Source: Patescibacteria group bacterium
GTDB lineage: Bacteria > Krumholzibacteriota > Krumholzibacteriia > Krumholzibacteriales > Krumholzibacteriaceae
Assembly (NCBI GenBank): GCA_035529435.1
Contig: DATKWS010000091.1
Location: forward strand, 1-58,186
Reading direction: 5' to 3'
DNA: 58,186 bases
Shown: piece after piece, positions 8,764 through 17,026 of the stretch
How the letters are laid out: every line of letters begins with the position of its first letter
Position numbering within the stretch: the first letter of the stretch is position 1
Notes under the pieces: generated by a model
Database searches by the model: none
The model's input: only the letters and a program-made list of their open reading frames with translations
Told to the model about the DNA's origin: nothing
Program-made: the position numbers and the translations under genes

Positions 8764-10077
8764 TCAACCGTTTTCGCGCACCTCGGCGTTGAACCGCTTG
8801 AGGTTCCTCCGCGCTTTCTCGTTGCTCGGATCGATACGGATCGCCGTGTTCCACGCCTCGATCGCCTCATCGATCCGGTCGAGCTTGTAGTACGCATTCC
8901 CGAGGTTGGTGTACGCGGCGCTGTTGTCGTTGCTGCGGCCAATCGCCTCCTGGTACATTTCGATCGCTTCCGTGTAGGAGCCCAGCCGGTAGAACGCATA
9001 CCCGAGGTTGTTGTAGGTTGCGGAGAGGTTGGGATTCAGCTCGATCGCCTTTTTGAACGCCTCCGTGGCCTTCTCCTCCTGCGCCATCTCCGTGTAGGTC
9101 AGCCCCAGATTGTTGTATCCTTCGGTGAATTCCGGGTTGAGCTGGATCGCCTTCTGGAACAACTCGAGTGCCCTTTCGTACTGACCGTTGTGGTAAGCCA
9201 CGACGCCGGCGTTGTTGAGGCGTTTTGCCTCGTCCTGCTGCCGTTTCTTCTCCTCCGCCTCGAAGCTCTTTTTCTGGTTTTCCACTATCTCGACGATTTC
9301 CGTGTGGTTCCGGGAGAGATCTTTTATGAACCGGCCGTTTTCGTCGAGTCCGTTCGAGAGCGCTTCGAGGCTCCGGTCGAGACCTTCCTTCCATGAGGAG
9401 ATCTCGGTTCTGAACCCTTCGATATGCTGGCCGCTCGCCGCCAGCTTTTCCTCGATATCCCCGATCTTCTCTGCGAGAGTGTCCGAGATACTTTCGACGA
9501 TCACCTTGTTTTCCTCGATAACCGACGTGAGGAGCTCCCTGAGCTCTCCCATCCGGTGCTCGAGGGATTCGTTCAGCGAGTCGCCGATGCCGTTCGTCAG
9601 TTCCTCCTGTTGCTGGACCCGCGCGAGCACATCCCCGGTGCTTTTCTGTTGCAGCTCCCCGATCTTATCGAGCCCCATCATGATCTCGCTGATTTTCTGC
9701 TCGTCCATCGAGTCGGTCCTGCCGTCAATCGAGAAGAGCGACTCGATACGGCACGTGTGGCCCTCCTCGTTGAAGAAGCGGCAATGCTCACCGAGGCATT
9801 CAACCTCACCACGGTATGCCTTGGCGACAAACCGGACGGGACGTCCCTCCGCCGCGATATCGAAGCCGTACTCGTCTTCAATCGCGGGATCGCTCGGTTC
9901 GACCTCCGGATTCAGGAAGATACTCTGATCGTTGTCCTGCTCCTCGTGCTGGTCTTCCTGCTCGCTCTGTTCATCGTTGCTCTCTTCCAGATCATCGCTG
10001 TCGGCTTCGCGGACGAGAAGTGACTTGTCCTCTTCCTCGAGCACGATGGCCTGTGTTACCAGTGGGCATATTTTCAT
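8764..10077 (-). CDS. Acidic N-terminus, Cys/His cluster, coiled coil and C-terminal TPR repeats; function unknown
   Basis: 437-aa ORF. Residues ~14-75 are about 45% D/E. It has 'ECLGEHCRFFNEEGHTC'. A long heptad-like helical stretch follows, then 4-5 canonical TPRs (e.g. 'AYNNLGLTYTEMAQEEKATEAFKKAIELNP'). The ATG overlaps the upstream stop (ATGA 10074-10077). Confidence 0.75.
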   Translation of the reverse strand: MKICPLVTQAIVLEEEDKSLLVREADSDDLEESNDEQSEQEDQHEEQDNDQSIFLNPEVEPSDPAIEDEYGFDIAAEGRPVRFVAKAYRGEVECLGEHCRFFNEEGHTCRIESLFSIDGRTDSMDEQKISEIMMGLDKIGELQQKSTGDVLARVQQQEELTNGIGDSLNESLEHRMGELRELLTSVIEENKVIVESISDTLAEKIGDIEEKLAASGQHIEGFRTEISSWKEGLDRSLEALSNGLDENGRFIKDLSRNHTEIVEIVENQKKSFEAEEKKRQQDEAKRLNNAGVVAYHNGQYERALELFQKAIQLNPEFTEGYNNLGLTYTEMAQEEKATEAFKKAIELNPNLSATYNNLGYAFYRLGSYTEAIEMYQEAIGRSNDNSAAYTNLGNAYYKLDRIDEAIEAWNTAIRIDPSNEKARRNLKRFNAEVRENG

Positions 10078-13000
10078 GATCCATCCTCTCCTTTACGTGA
10101 TGGTGGCGATATGGCTCCCGTTTTTTCGAGAATCGCTATGTCATCTGTCACCGTGGACTGCAAGAATTTTGTATAATTGACCGCGACGCGCTCGTGGCAA
10201 TCGCGGTAGTGCCGTGCCGTGGCGAGTATTTTCGAGAATGCGGCAGTTGCGCGCCCGTAGTCCCCGATTTGTTCGCTCGCGATACCCTCGAGGTAAGAGA
10301 GCTCTGCAGCCAGATCTTCGTGCGGTATATCCATCCGGCGGATGGCGCCCAGTACGGCGAGTGCCAGTAAGGGCCGTTCCATCTGGAGGTAAGCCCGTGC
10401 CGCGAAAGCGGCGCGCGGCGCCTCAGGCAACAACCCGCCGGCGAGCATGCCGAGCGCGGCACCGGGATTCCCGTGATCGAGCGCCACGCGTATGTACCGT
10501 TCGGTTTCCTCGCGCGAGGTGACGCCGTTCTCGACGCGCAGTATGCCGGCAGCGATTTCTTTCGATGCCCATGCCTCGAATGTGCTCTCGATACGTTTGA
10601 GGAACGCTTCACGGTCCGGTGAAGCATCCAGCAATTCCCGGAATATCGAGGCGGCCCTCTCCGTGTGGCCGTGAATGTGGAGCAGCTCTGCAAATTCGAT
10701 ACGCAACTGTTCGAACTCGTGCCCATCGAGCAGTCCGCGGCCGCGGTCTATCATCTGTTCTGCACGATCGATCGAACCCGCACCGAGCAGGAGGGAACCG
10801 GCGAGAGTGAACTGTTCCCGCTCCGGATTGTGCTGCGAGATGACATCAATCCTATCGACGGTTTCTTCAACCGCTCCGGTCCCGGTTCCGGAGGTTTTCC
10901 GTATGACATCGAAGGCTTCCCCGTAACGTTCACCGGCGATCAGACAGTCGACGACGAGGAGCATGCAACTCGCCGCCCGTCCTTCGGGCCACGAGCGGGG
11001 GCGCAGTTCGCCGACGATCTCCTCCCACCGTTCCGGTTCGATTTCGAGGGCGCGGCGGTAGAGACAGATCGATGTTTCGTGCTCATCACATCTCGCCTTC
11101 AATCCCGCGTATGCGACGAGGAAGGCGGCGTTGTTCTCATGGACGTGAACATATTCGGAAACGATTTCGTCGATCGTTGCTGCTGGTCCGGCGCCGGGGG
11201 AGAGCAGGCGGAGAATGGGTTCGAGCGATTTTTGTATCTGTCCGGTCTGTATCATGGTACGGGCGAGAAGATGGTTGGCCTCGAGCTGCGACGGTTCGGA
11301 GGCGATGAGTTCGAGGAGGATGTCGACCGCGAATTTCGTCAATCCCGTATCATGTGCGAGCAGCTGCTCGAGAAAGGACACGGCGTCGCGGAAGCGTTTC
11401 TCGAGAGAGAGATTTCGTGCGTAGATAACCTTGAGCCGCCGGTCATCCGGCGTTTCATCAATCAGGCCTTCGAGCGTGCGACCGAGTTGCGGTAGATGGT
11501 CCGCCGGTCCGTTTTGTGCGTTCCTGAACAGCTTCAGTGCGTCGTCGTGCCGCCCGTCTTTCCATGCGATACCGCCGAGAATTATGGAGACCAGCCACGG
11601 CCGGGCGCTGATCGGCAACAGCTTCTTGAGTCTCTTTTGGATGTTGTTTCGGTACGTAGGCGAGAGGCTCAGGCAGTGTTCGAATGCTGATACGCCCTCA
11701 TCCTCCCTGCCTATCATGAAGAGGGTTTCGCCGAGCAGGTATAGTGCGTCCGGATTCGCCGGATCTCTCGTGATGATCTCGTTGAGTTCCCACTCGATCG
11801 ATGGAAGATCGGCCTTCGAGGAGGTGAGCGCCACCGCGAGGCTACGCAGGGTGTCCTCAACATTGCCGCTCGCGCTCGACAACCGGGCGCCGTAGACGTG
11901 CAGAGAGGCCGCCTCCTGATCTGGAAGCGCTTCAATGGCTTTCTTCAGGGTCTCCCGCGCCAGGTCGAAATGATTCATGCTGAGCGCGCTCTTCAGCATC
12001 TCCTCCCAGATGCCCCGGTTGTGGGGCTCTTTTTTCACGAGATCGTTGAACCTCGCGAGGACGTCTCTGATCTGGCCGGGATCGAGTTCCAACGTCCGGC
12101 ACAGGTGATGCGCCGCGTCGGCGAGCTGGCCGTCCTCGAGGTACAGATGGTACAGCGCGAGATGCAGCGTGGTGTTGTCACCGAAGCGATCCGCGGTGTG
12201 TTCGTAGATGCGGAGGAGATCGTAGCGGATCTCCCCGTCGAGCATCAGGAGCTGGTCGAACTCGAAGACGGCGCGTTCAATCGTGCCGGTTTCCAGGTGC
12301 GCATACGCCTGGAGGAACATGAAGCCCGGCGTGAGGCGTTCCTGCTCGGAGAGGGCATCGACCAGACCGGCGACGACGGACCAGCGCGATTCGGCCTGTT
12401 CGGCGTGGCCCCGTATCCTGGCAGCCAGCGTGCCGTGCGCGTCGGGATGGTCGCGGTAGAATTCTATGAGGAATGGAAGCGCATGCGAGACGTTTCCGGT
12501 CTCCATGCTGAATTCGATAATGGAAAGAACCCCGTTGAGGGTCACACCGCCGTGCCTGAGCACCTCGCCGGTGAGGCGTGCGAGCTCATCGGCCTCGAAC
12601 AGGTGGTCGTCGCGGATCTTCTGCAGGATCTCCTCGGCGCTTTCCGTGTCCCCCGCGCGTGCCCTGAGCTCGGCGATGATGACCATGAGCAGCGGATGCG
12701 TTTCCTGCGTGATGCCGTCCCATTCCTCGATCATACCCAGCATGCAGGGGATCAGCGTGGGGTCCATGTCCGCCGCCATGCGCGCGGCCTGTGCGGCCTT
12801 TTCGAGATTACACTCCGCAAGGTTCAAACGCATGAGCAGCTTCTGCGCGGGGGCGCTCATCGCGATATCTTCCCTGTTCTCGATCCACGGTATCATCTCC
12901 GTGCAGAGTTTTTCATCATGGTAGAACAACGCCTCGAGGGATTCGACCGCCCGCTTGGCCTTGCCCAGTGCGGCGGCGCACTCCGCGAAGATCATGACAA

Positions 13001-14015
13001 CCTCCGGCCGCGTGGCGAAGTCCTCGAGCAGGAGCGAGAGGCGATGGTAGGCGAGTTCCATCATCTGGGTACAGTTCAGCGGCTTCTCCATGCCCTCCGG
13101 GGTCGACTCGTCGGTACTCGCCAATCCCGCGAGCGAGAAGTACTTCGCGATGCTGGACGTCCCCTCGACTATCTCTCCCCGCCTGATCAGGACCTCGCCG
13201 TTCAGCAGCATGTGGTTTTCCGAGGGCCGCTCGATCGATTCGAGAAGGTTCTGCAGCTTCTCGAGAGGTGGATCGTCTAATTCGAGGCATTGAAAGAATC
13301 GCGCCTCGGCCTTGTCGGGGTGCGAGAGGAGGACCGATGCCAGGCCGAGATAGAACTTCAGCATTGCATCATTTTTCAGATCGCGTTCGAACTCCAGGAG
13401 TATGGATCCGATCTGCTTCGCGTTTTCGGGCGTGTCCTCCATCGACATGCCGAGCGGCTCGATCGCCTTGCCGTACTGCTCGTCCTCGATGAAGAGGAGG
13501 CCCAGCAGCAGATCGTTGTCGGCCTTGGCGGAAACCACCGTGCCGTCAACTCCTGTACCGCCCTTCGATCTCGTTTCTGAGCGCTTGATCAGGTCCTGCA
13601 GGAACGGTTTGGGGGATCGCTTGAGGAACGTGCGGACGCGCTCGATATTCCTGCTCCTCAGCAGCATCTCGATGATGAAACTGCCGAGGCATGGATTGTG
13701 GGTGGCGAAGAATGCCTCGAGGGCAAGATCGAGGGTGCGGTTGATATTACGGGGGTGCCGGCGTATCGCCGTTTTGAGGAGTGCTACCGCCTGGTGGAAA
13801 TCGGCGAGGTCGAGGCAGGTCTGGATGGCCTCGACGGCCAGCTCGTAATCGTCGGGCCATCTCTCCAGCCCGTCGAGCGCCCGCCTCTGCGCGCGCTTCA
13901 GATCGCCCCGTTGACGGTCCTGGTCGATCTTCTTTATCAGTTTTTCCTGTGTCAGAAACACGCAACTTCCCGCTTCGGTTACGGATCTCTCCTGTCGAAT
14001 AATCTGTGAACGCAC
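10074..14015 (-). CDS. Very large (about 1313 aa) all-helical TPR-like protein, function unknown
   Basis: Uninterrupted ORF with ordinary amino-acid composition, unlike the R/P/G-rich shadow ORFs on the other strand. It has many TPR-like helix pairs (e.g. 'DALYLLGETLFMIGREDEGVSAFEHCLSLSP') and no catalytic motif that I recognise. The start is uncertain: GTG 14015, or an in-frame GTG about 18 codons downstream. Confidence 0.7.
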   Translation of the reverse strand: MRSQIIRQERSVTEAGSCVFLTQEKLIKKIDQDRQRGDLKRAQRRALDGLERWPDDYELAVEAIQTCLDLADFHQAVALLKTAIRRHPRNINRTLDLALEAFFATHNPCLGSFIIEMLLRSRNIERVRTFLKRSPKPFLQDLIKRSETRSKGGTGVDGTVVSAKADNDLLLGLLFIEDEQYGKAIEPLGMSMEDTPENAKQIGSILLEFERDLKNDAMLKFYLGLASVLLSHPDKAEARFFQCLELDDPPLEKLQNLLESIERPSENHMLLNGEVLIRRGEIVEGTSSIAKYFSLAGLASTDESTPEGMEKPLNCTQMMELAYHRLSLLLEDFATRPEVVMIFAECAAALGKAKRAVESLEALFYHDEKLCTEMIPWIENREDIAMSAPAQKLLMRLNLAECNLEKAAQAARMAADMDPTLIPCMLGMIEEWDGITQETHPLLMVIIAELRARAGDTESAEEILQKIRDDHLFEADELARLTGEVLRHGGVTLNGVLSIIEFSMETGNVSHALPFLIEFYRDHPDAHGTLAARIRGHAEQAESRWSVVAGLVDALSEQERLTPGFMFLQAYAHLETGTIERAVFEFDQLLMLDGEIRYDLLRIYEHTADRFGDNTTLHLALYHLYLEDGQLADAAHHLCRTLELDPGQIRDVLARFNDLVKKEPHNRGIWEEMLKSALSMNHFDLARETLKKAIEALPDQEAASLHVYGARLSSASGNVEDTLRSLAVALTSSKADLPSIEWELNEIITRDPANPDALYLLGETLFMIGREDEGVSAFEHCLSLSPTYRNNIQKRLKKLLPISARPWLVSIILGGIAWKDGRHDDALKLFRNAQNGPADHLPQLGRTLEGLIDETPDDRRLKVIYARNLSLEKRFRDAVSFLEQLLAHDTGLTKFAVDILLELIASEPSQLEANHLLARTMIQTGQIQKSLEPILRLLSPGAGPAATIDEIVSEYVHVHENNAAFLVAYAGLKARCDEHETSICLYRRALEIEPERWEEIVGELRPRSWPEGRAASCMLLVVDCLIAGERYGEAFDVIRKTSGTGTGAVEETVDRIDVISQHNPEREQFTLAGSLLLGAGSIDRAEQMIDRGRGLLDGHEFEQLRIEFAELLHIHGHTERAASIFRELLDASPDREAFLKRIESTFEAWASKEIAAGILRVENGVTSREETERYIRVALDHGNPGAALGMLAGGLLPEAPRAAFAARAYLQMERPLLALAVLGAIRRMDIPHEDLAAELSYLEGIASEQIGDYGRATAAFSKILATARHYRDCHERVAVNYTKFLQSTVTDDIAILEKTGAISPPSRKGEDGS

Positions 14016-14080
14016 CGGTGCACCCCGGATCGAGCGAAATACGTACCATGTCCCCGATTTTTTTTGGAGCGCTTTAATTG

Positions 14081-14109
14081 TTGAAATTCCGGCAGGTTAG
14101 ATGTAAATT
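14081..14109 (+). promoter_or_regulatory. Sigma70-like promoter of the que operon
   Basis: TTGAAA (14081-14086), 17 nt, TAAATT (14104-14109). This leaves a leader of about 95 nt before queD. Confidence 0.4.
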
Positions 14110-14211
14110 AACGCCGGTTGCGGTTCGAGGGTCCCCGGCCGTTTCGCAATATGCATAGACCGCGGCGCGGGGAATACCGGCCGTGCAATCATGGGCAGGG
14201 GTGGAGCCACA

Positions 14212-14589
14212 ATGGCCGTGTACACCATTTCGGCCGAGATCAGGTTTTCCTCCTCCCACGCACTGCGTGGGTACGGCGGCGATTGCGAGCGTGTGCACGG
14301 ACACAACTGGATCGCGAGGGTATACTACGAGTTCGAACGCCTCGACGGGCTCGGCTTGACCGTCGATTACCGGGAGCTCAAAGCCAGCCTCGAGCGGGAG
14401 GTGCTCGTGCGTTTCGACCACCGGCATCTCAACGAGGTGCCGCCGTTCGATCGAATCAATCCGACCTCCGAGAATATAGCGGCGTATATCTTCGCCCTGT
14501 GCCGGGATCATGTCCGGTTCGAAGACGGCACCCTGCGGGAGGTCGAGGTGTGGGAAACATCAACAGACATGGTGCGGTACCGTGAATGA
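14212..14589 (+). CDS. queD: 6-carboxy-5,6,7,8-tetrahydropterin synthase
   Basis: 'FSSSHALRGYGGDCERVHGHNW' (Zn-binding His and catalytic Cys) and 'FDHRHLNE'. I prefer ATG 14212 (GGTGGAG 7 nt upstream) to the track start at 14191. Confidence 0.9.
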   Translation: MAVYTISAEIRFSSSHALRGYGGDCERVHGHNWIARVYYEFERLDGLGLTVDYRELKASLEREVLVRFDHRHLNEVPPFDRINPTSENIAAYIFALCRDHVRFEDGTLREVEVWETSTDMVRYRE

Positions 14590-15283
14590 AAGCGCTCAAA
14601 ATCGTTCGGGGGCGGTTGTCCTGCTTTCGGGCGGGCTCGATTCAACGGTATCACTCGCCATGGCGCGTGAGTACTGCGAACCGCGCTGGGCGCTTTTCTT
14701 CGACTATCGACAACATGCGGGGGAGCGGGAGGAAGCGGCGTCGCGCGGGATCGCGGAGCGGTTCGGGCTCCGGTTCCGGTGTATCGAGTTGCCCTGGCTC
14801 GGCGATCTCTCATCGTCCAGCCTGATTGCCGGAAAGGGCGTGCCGCCGCAGGTTCCGCCGGGTCCGGTTGACGGCCTTGAAGGCGCACCGAGCCGCGCCG
14901 TCTGGGTGGAGAACCGGAACGGTGTGTTCATCAACATTGCAGCGGCTTTCGCCTCGTCGTGCGGCTGCGGCATCGTCATCGTCGGGTTCAACAGGGAAGA
15001 GGCACGGGCGTTTCCCGACAACGGAGAGGAATTTCTCAAGGCCGTAAACGGCGCTCTCGCGATCGGCGTCGGAAGTCCCGTGCGCGTGGAGAGTCCCACT
15101 CTCTTTCTCTCGAAGCGCGAGATAGTCGAGCGGGGCCTCACCATGGACATACCCTGGCGGCTGATCTGGAGTTGCTATCGTGGATATGACCGGATGTGCG
15201 GCTCGTGCGAGTCGTGCGCCCGTCTCCGGCGTGCGATCGCCGGCACTCCGGCCGAAACGGCTGTCGTATTCACGGGGGGGTGA
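14582..15283 (+). CDS. queC: 7-cyano-7-deazaguanine (preQ0) synthase
   Basis: PP-loop 'AVVLLSGGLDSTV' and C-terminal zinc site 'WSCY...CGSCESCARLRRA'. I prefer GTG 14582, which overlaps the queD stop, to the track start at 14510. Confidence 0.9.
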   Translation: MNESAQNRSGAVVLLSGGLDSTVSLAMAREYCEPRWALFFDYRQHAGEREEAASRGIAERFGLRFRCIELPWLGDLSSSSLIAGKGVPPQVPPGPVDGLEGAPSRAVWVENRNGVFINIAAAFASSCGCGIVIVGFNREEARAFPDNGEEFLKAVNGALAIGVGSPVRVESPTLFLSKREIVERGLTMDIPWRLIWSCYRGYDRMCGSCESCARLRRAIAGTPAETAVVFTGG

Positions 15284-15867
15284 AGCGTATCGGCGGTTTG
15301 CATTCACGGTTGGAGACTCGGTGGATCGATACCCCGATCGAGTACACCGGCGTCGAGCTCAGGAGCCATTTCATACGCGAGGTCGCCGGTATTGCGGGTG
15401 ACGGGCTCGTCGCATTCACCGGAGGGTGCGACGTATCCGGTGAGCGGCTGGTCGATCTCGAGGATGCGGAATCGGGGAGCGTGATCGTCGCCCGGATGAT
15501 GCTGCATTTCATCGGGGAACACTTCCAGTGCCCGCTGCCCGAGGGGAACGTACGGCTCAGGCTGTTCGCGTCGATTCTCTCCGACGCACTTGCCATGCTC
15601 GCGCCCGGTGTCCCCGTGACGCGGCTGGGGGACGACCTGTTCATCGAGGAGCGTAAGCTCTCTGTGGCGATCTGCACGGTGAGCCCCGTCTCCGCGGTGT
15701 TCCATCTCGGTGTCAATCTCGATCCCACGGGAGCGCCCGTTCCCGCCGTCGGGCTGGACGAGCTCGGCGTCGATGCGGGAGTGTTCGCCGCGCGGGCGAT
15801 GGATACGTATGCGCGCGAGTGCGAATCGATCGACCGTGCGCTCCGGAAGGTCAGGGGGGTGTTATAG
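15280..15867 (+). CDS. Conserved hypothetical protein embedded in the preQ0 operon (resembles DUF366 from memory; unverified)
   Basis: About 195 aa from GTG 15280, which overlaps the queC stop (GTGA 15280-15283). Notable strings are 'IEYTGVELRSHF', 'MMLHFIGEHF', 'LGDDLFIEERKLSVAICTVSPVSAVFHLGVNL' and C-terminal 'KVRGV'. Composition looks like real coding sequence, not a shadow ORF. Confidence 0.65.
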   Translation: MKRIGGLHSRLETRWIDTPIEYTGVELRSHFIREVAGIAGDGLVAFTGGCDVSGERLVDLEDAESGSVIVARMMLHFIGEHFQCPLPEGNVRLRLFASILSDALAMLAPGVPVTRLGDDLFIEERKLSVAICTVSPVSAVFHLGVNLDPTGAPVPAVGLDELGVDAGVFAARAMDTYARECESIDRALRKVRGVL

Positions 15868-15871
15868 GAGC

Positions 15872-16615
15872 GTGTCCTGCGCGGGGAATATCGCTGAGGT
15901 TTTCGTTTCGATCCAGGGAGAGGGAATCTTCGTCGGCGTGCTTCAGGTGTTTGTACGAACCTCCGGATGCAGCCGGAGCTGCGTCTACTGCGATACCCCC
16001 GGGGCGCGCGGGGTCGCCGCGCGATGCGTCCTCCAGTGCGACGGGGAAACACGCTACGCTGACAACCCCGTCGATGCCGCCGACATCGTTTCATGCGTGC
16101 GATCACTTGCCGTAATTCACCCGGGGATCCATTCGGTGAGCGTGACGGGGGGTGAGCCGCTCGAGCAGCCGGATTTTTGCGCCGGTCTCCTTCCCCGGCT
16201 CCGGGCACTCGGCCTGCCCGTCTATCTCGAGACCAACGGGCTCGAGGAGTCCGCGTGCAGGGCGGTCGCGCGGTATGTCGACATCGTTTCGCTCGATATA
16301 AAGCTGCCTTCGCTCTGCGGCGGAGGGGATCACCGTGCGACGTACCGGCGGGTGCTGCCCCTTTTCGCATCGTCGAATCTCTTCACGAAGGTGGTCGTCA
16401 CGGGGGAGGAGGATAGCAGCGAGTTCGCCGAGGCGGTCGGTCTCGTCGCCGCGATCGACCGGTCGCTGCCGTTCGTGATCCAGCCCGCTCACCGGGAGGA
16501 ACCGGCCTCGCGTATCCGGGCGCCGCAGCTCCTGCAGTATTATGACACCGCGGCGGCGCATCTCGATGATGTCAGGGTAATTCCGCAATGTCATCGTATG
16601 CTGGAAATCCCATAG
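15872..16615 (+). CDS. queE: 7-carboxy-7-deazaguanine synthase (radical SAM)
   Basis: 'EVFVSIQGEGIFVGVLQVFVRTSGCSRSCVYCDT' contains the CX3CX2C radical-SAM cluster. I prefer GTG 15872, 4 nt after the upstream stop. The track ORF from 15710 overlaps the previous gene. Confidence 0.85.
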   Translation: MSCAGNIAEVFVSIQGEGIFVGVLQVFVRTSGCSRSCVYCDTPGARGVAARCVLQCDGETRYADNPVDAADIVSCVRSLAVIHPGIHSVSVTGGEPLEQPDFCAGLLPRLRALGLPVYLETNGLEESACRAVARYVDIVSLDIKLPSLCGGGDHRATYRRVLPLFASSNLFTKVVVTGEEDSSEFAEAVGLVAAIDRSLPFVIQPAHREEPASRIRAPQLLQYYDTAAAHLDDVRVIPQCHRMLEIP

Positions 16616-16621
16616 GGGGAT

Positions 16622-16689
16622 AAAAAAAAGCGCTGCGAGATAGTACGATGCAGGGTCGGGTTCGTGAAGGCGGCGACCACCTCGCAGCG
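16622..16689 (-). terminator. Terminator-like branched hairpin with a T8 tail, read on the minus strand
   Basis: CGCTGCGAG (16631-16639) pairs with CTCGCAGCG (16681-16689). An inner stem pairs GGTCG (16654-16658) with CGACC (16674-16678). A8 at 16622-16629 gives U8 after the hairpin on the minus strand. The loop is large, so this is tentative. Confidence 0.35.
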
Positions 16690-16831
16690 ATCGGAAGTGA
16701 GAGCAAGGGGCATACCAGTACGATGGTCTTTATCGTTATGTGAATGCGTAACTTGTTTTATGACAAAGAAGTTACCTGCAAGCCCGGAGATGTGCAGGAT
16801 TTCCCGAACATCCGCGTGATTTCGCATGGTT

Positions 16832-16864
16832 CCTTTGCCGCGGCATCGGCGGCGAGGGTTTTTT
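16832..16864 (+). terminator. Rho-independent terminator
   Basis: CCTTTGCCGC (16832-16841), loop ggcatcg, GCGGCGAGGG (16849-16858): a 10-bp stem with two G-U pairs, followed by T6 (16859-16864). Confidence 0.5.
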
Positions 16865-16920
16865 CGCTACTTTGCAATTGCGGTGATTCCGTTCTGCAAT
16901 GCCGGGAGAGGAGAATTCTC

Positions 16921-16949
16921 TTGACATGCTCTAAGTCAACATGTAGTAA
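16921..16949 (+). promoter_or_regulatory. Sigma70-like promoter of the HU gene
   Basis: TTGACA (16921-16926), 17 nt, TAGTAA (16944-16949). Confidence 0.35.
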
Positions 16950-17026
16950 GTTGTTAGGCTCAGGTTTCTTTGATGCCCGAGGCGTCGGGGGAACGAAATC
17001 CTGCTGTCGTAAAGGAGGATGGTCGC

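Noticed and set aside
11898-13280. 460-aa plus-strand ORF antisense to the giant TPR gene. Similar long antisense ORFs are 15270..16370(-), 16931..17998(-), 18187..19200(-), 22595..23620(-), 26847..28109(-), 38764..39696(-), 43679..44587(-), 48460..49476(-), 54757..55935(-), 56378..57583(-) and 57499..58170(-).
   Set aside because: These are typical high-GC shadow ORFs. They are strongly enriched in R, P, G, H and D, carry no recognisable motifs, and each lies fully opposite a gene with clear family signatures.
14112-14150. Possible class I preQ1 riboswitch or tRNA-like T-arm (…GGTTCGAGGGTCC…) upstream of queD
   Set aside because: There is no A-rich 3' tail or pseudoknot partner as required for preQ1-I. 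The flanks do not form a 5-bp T-stem, an acceptor stem or an anticodon arm. A riboswitch of another class is kept only as a low-interest possibility.
15274-15280. G7 homopolymer at the queC/unknown-gene junction as a phase-variation switch
   Set aside because: It lies within coding sequence of an essential-pathway gene, and runs of this length are common in GC-rich genomes. There is no supporting evidence from the sequence alone.
16591-16827. 78-aa minus-strand ORF in the queE-hup spacer
   Set aside because: It runs straight through the terminator-like hairpin and the T8 tract, has no SD, and its composition is not protein-like.
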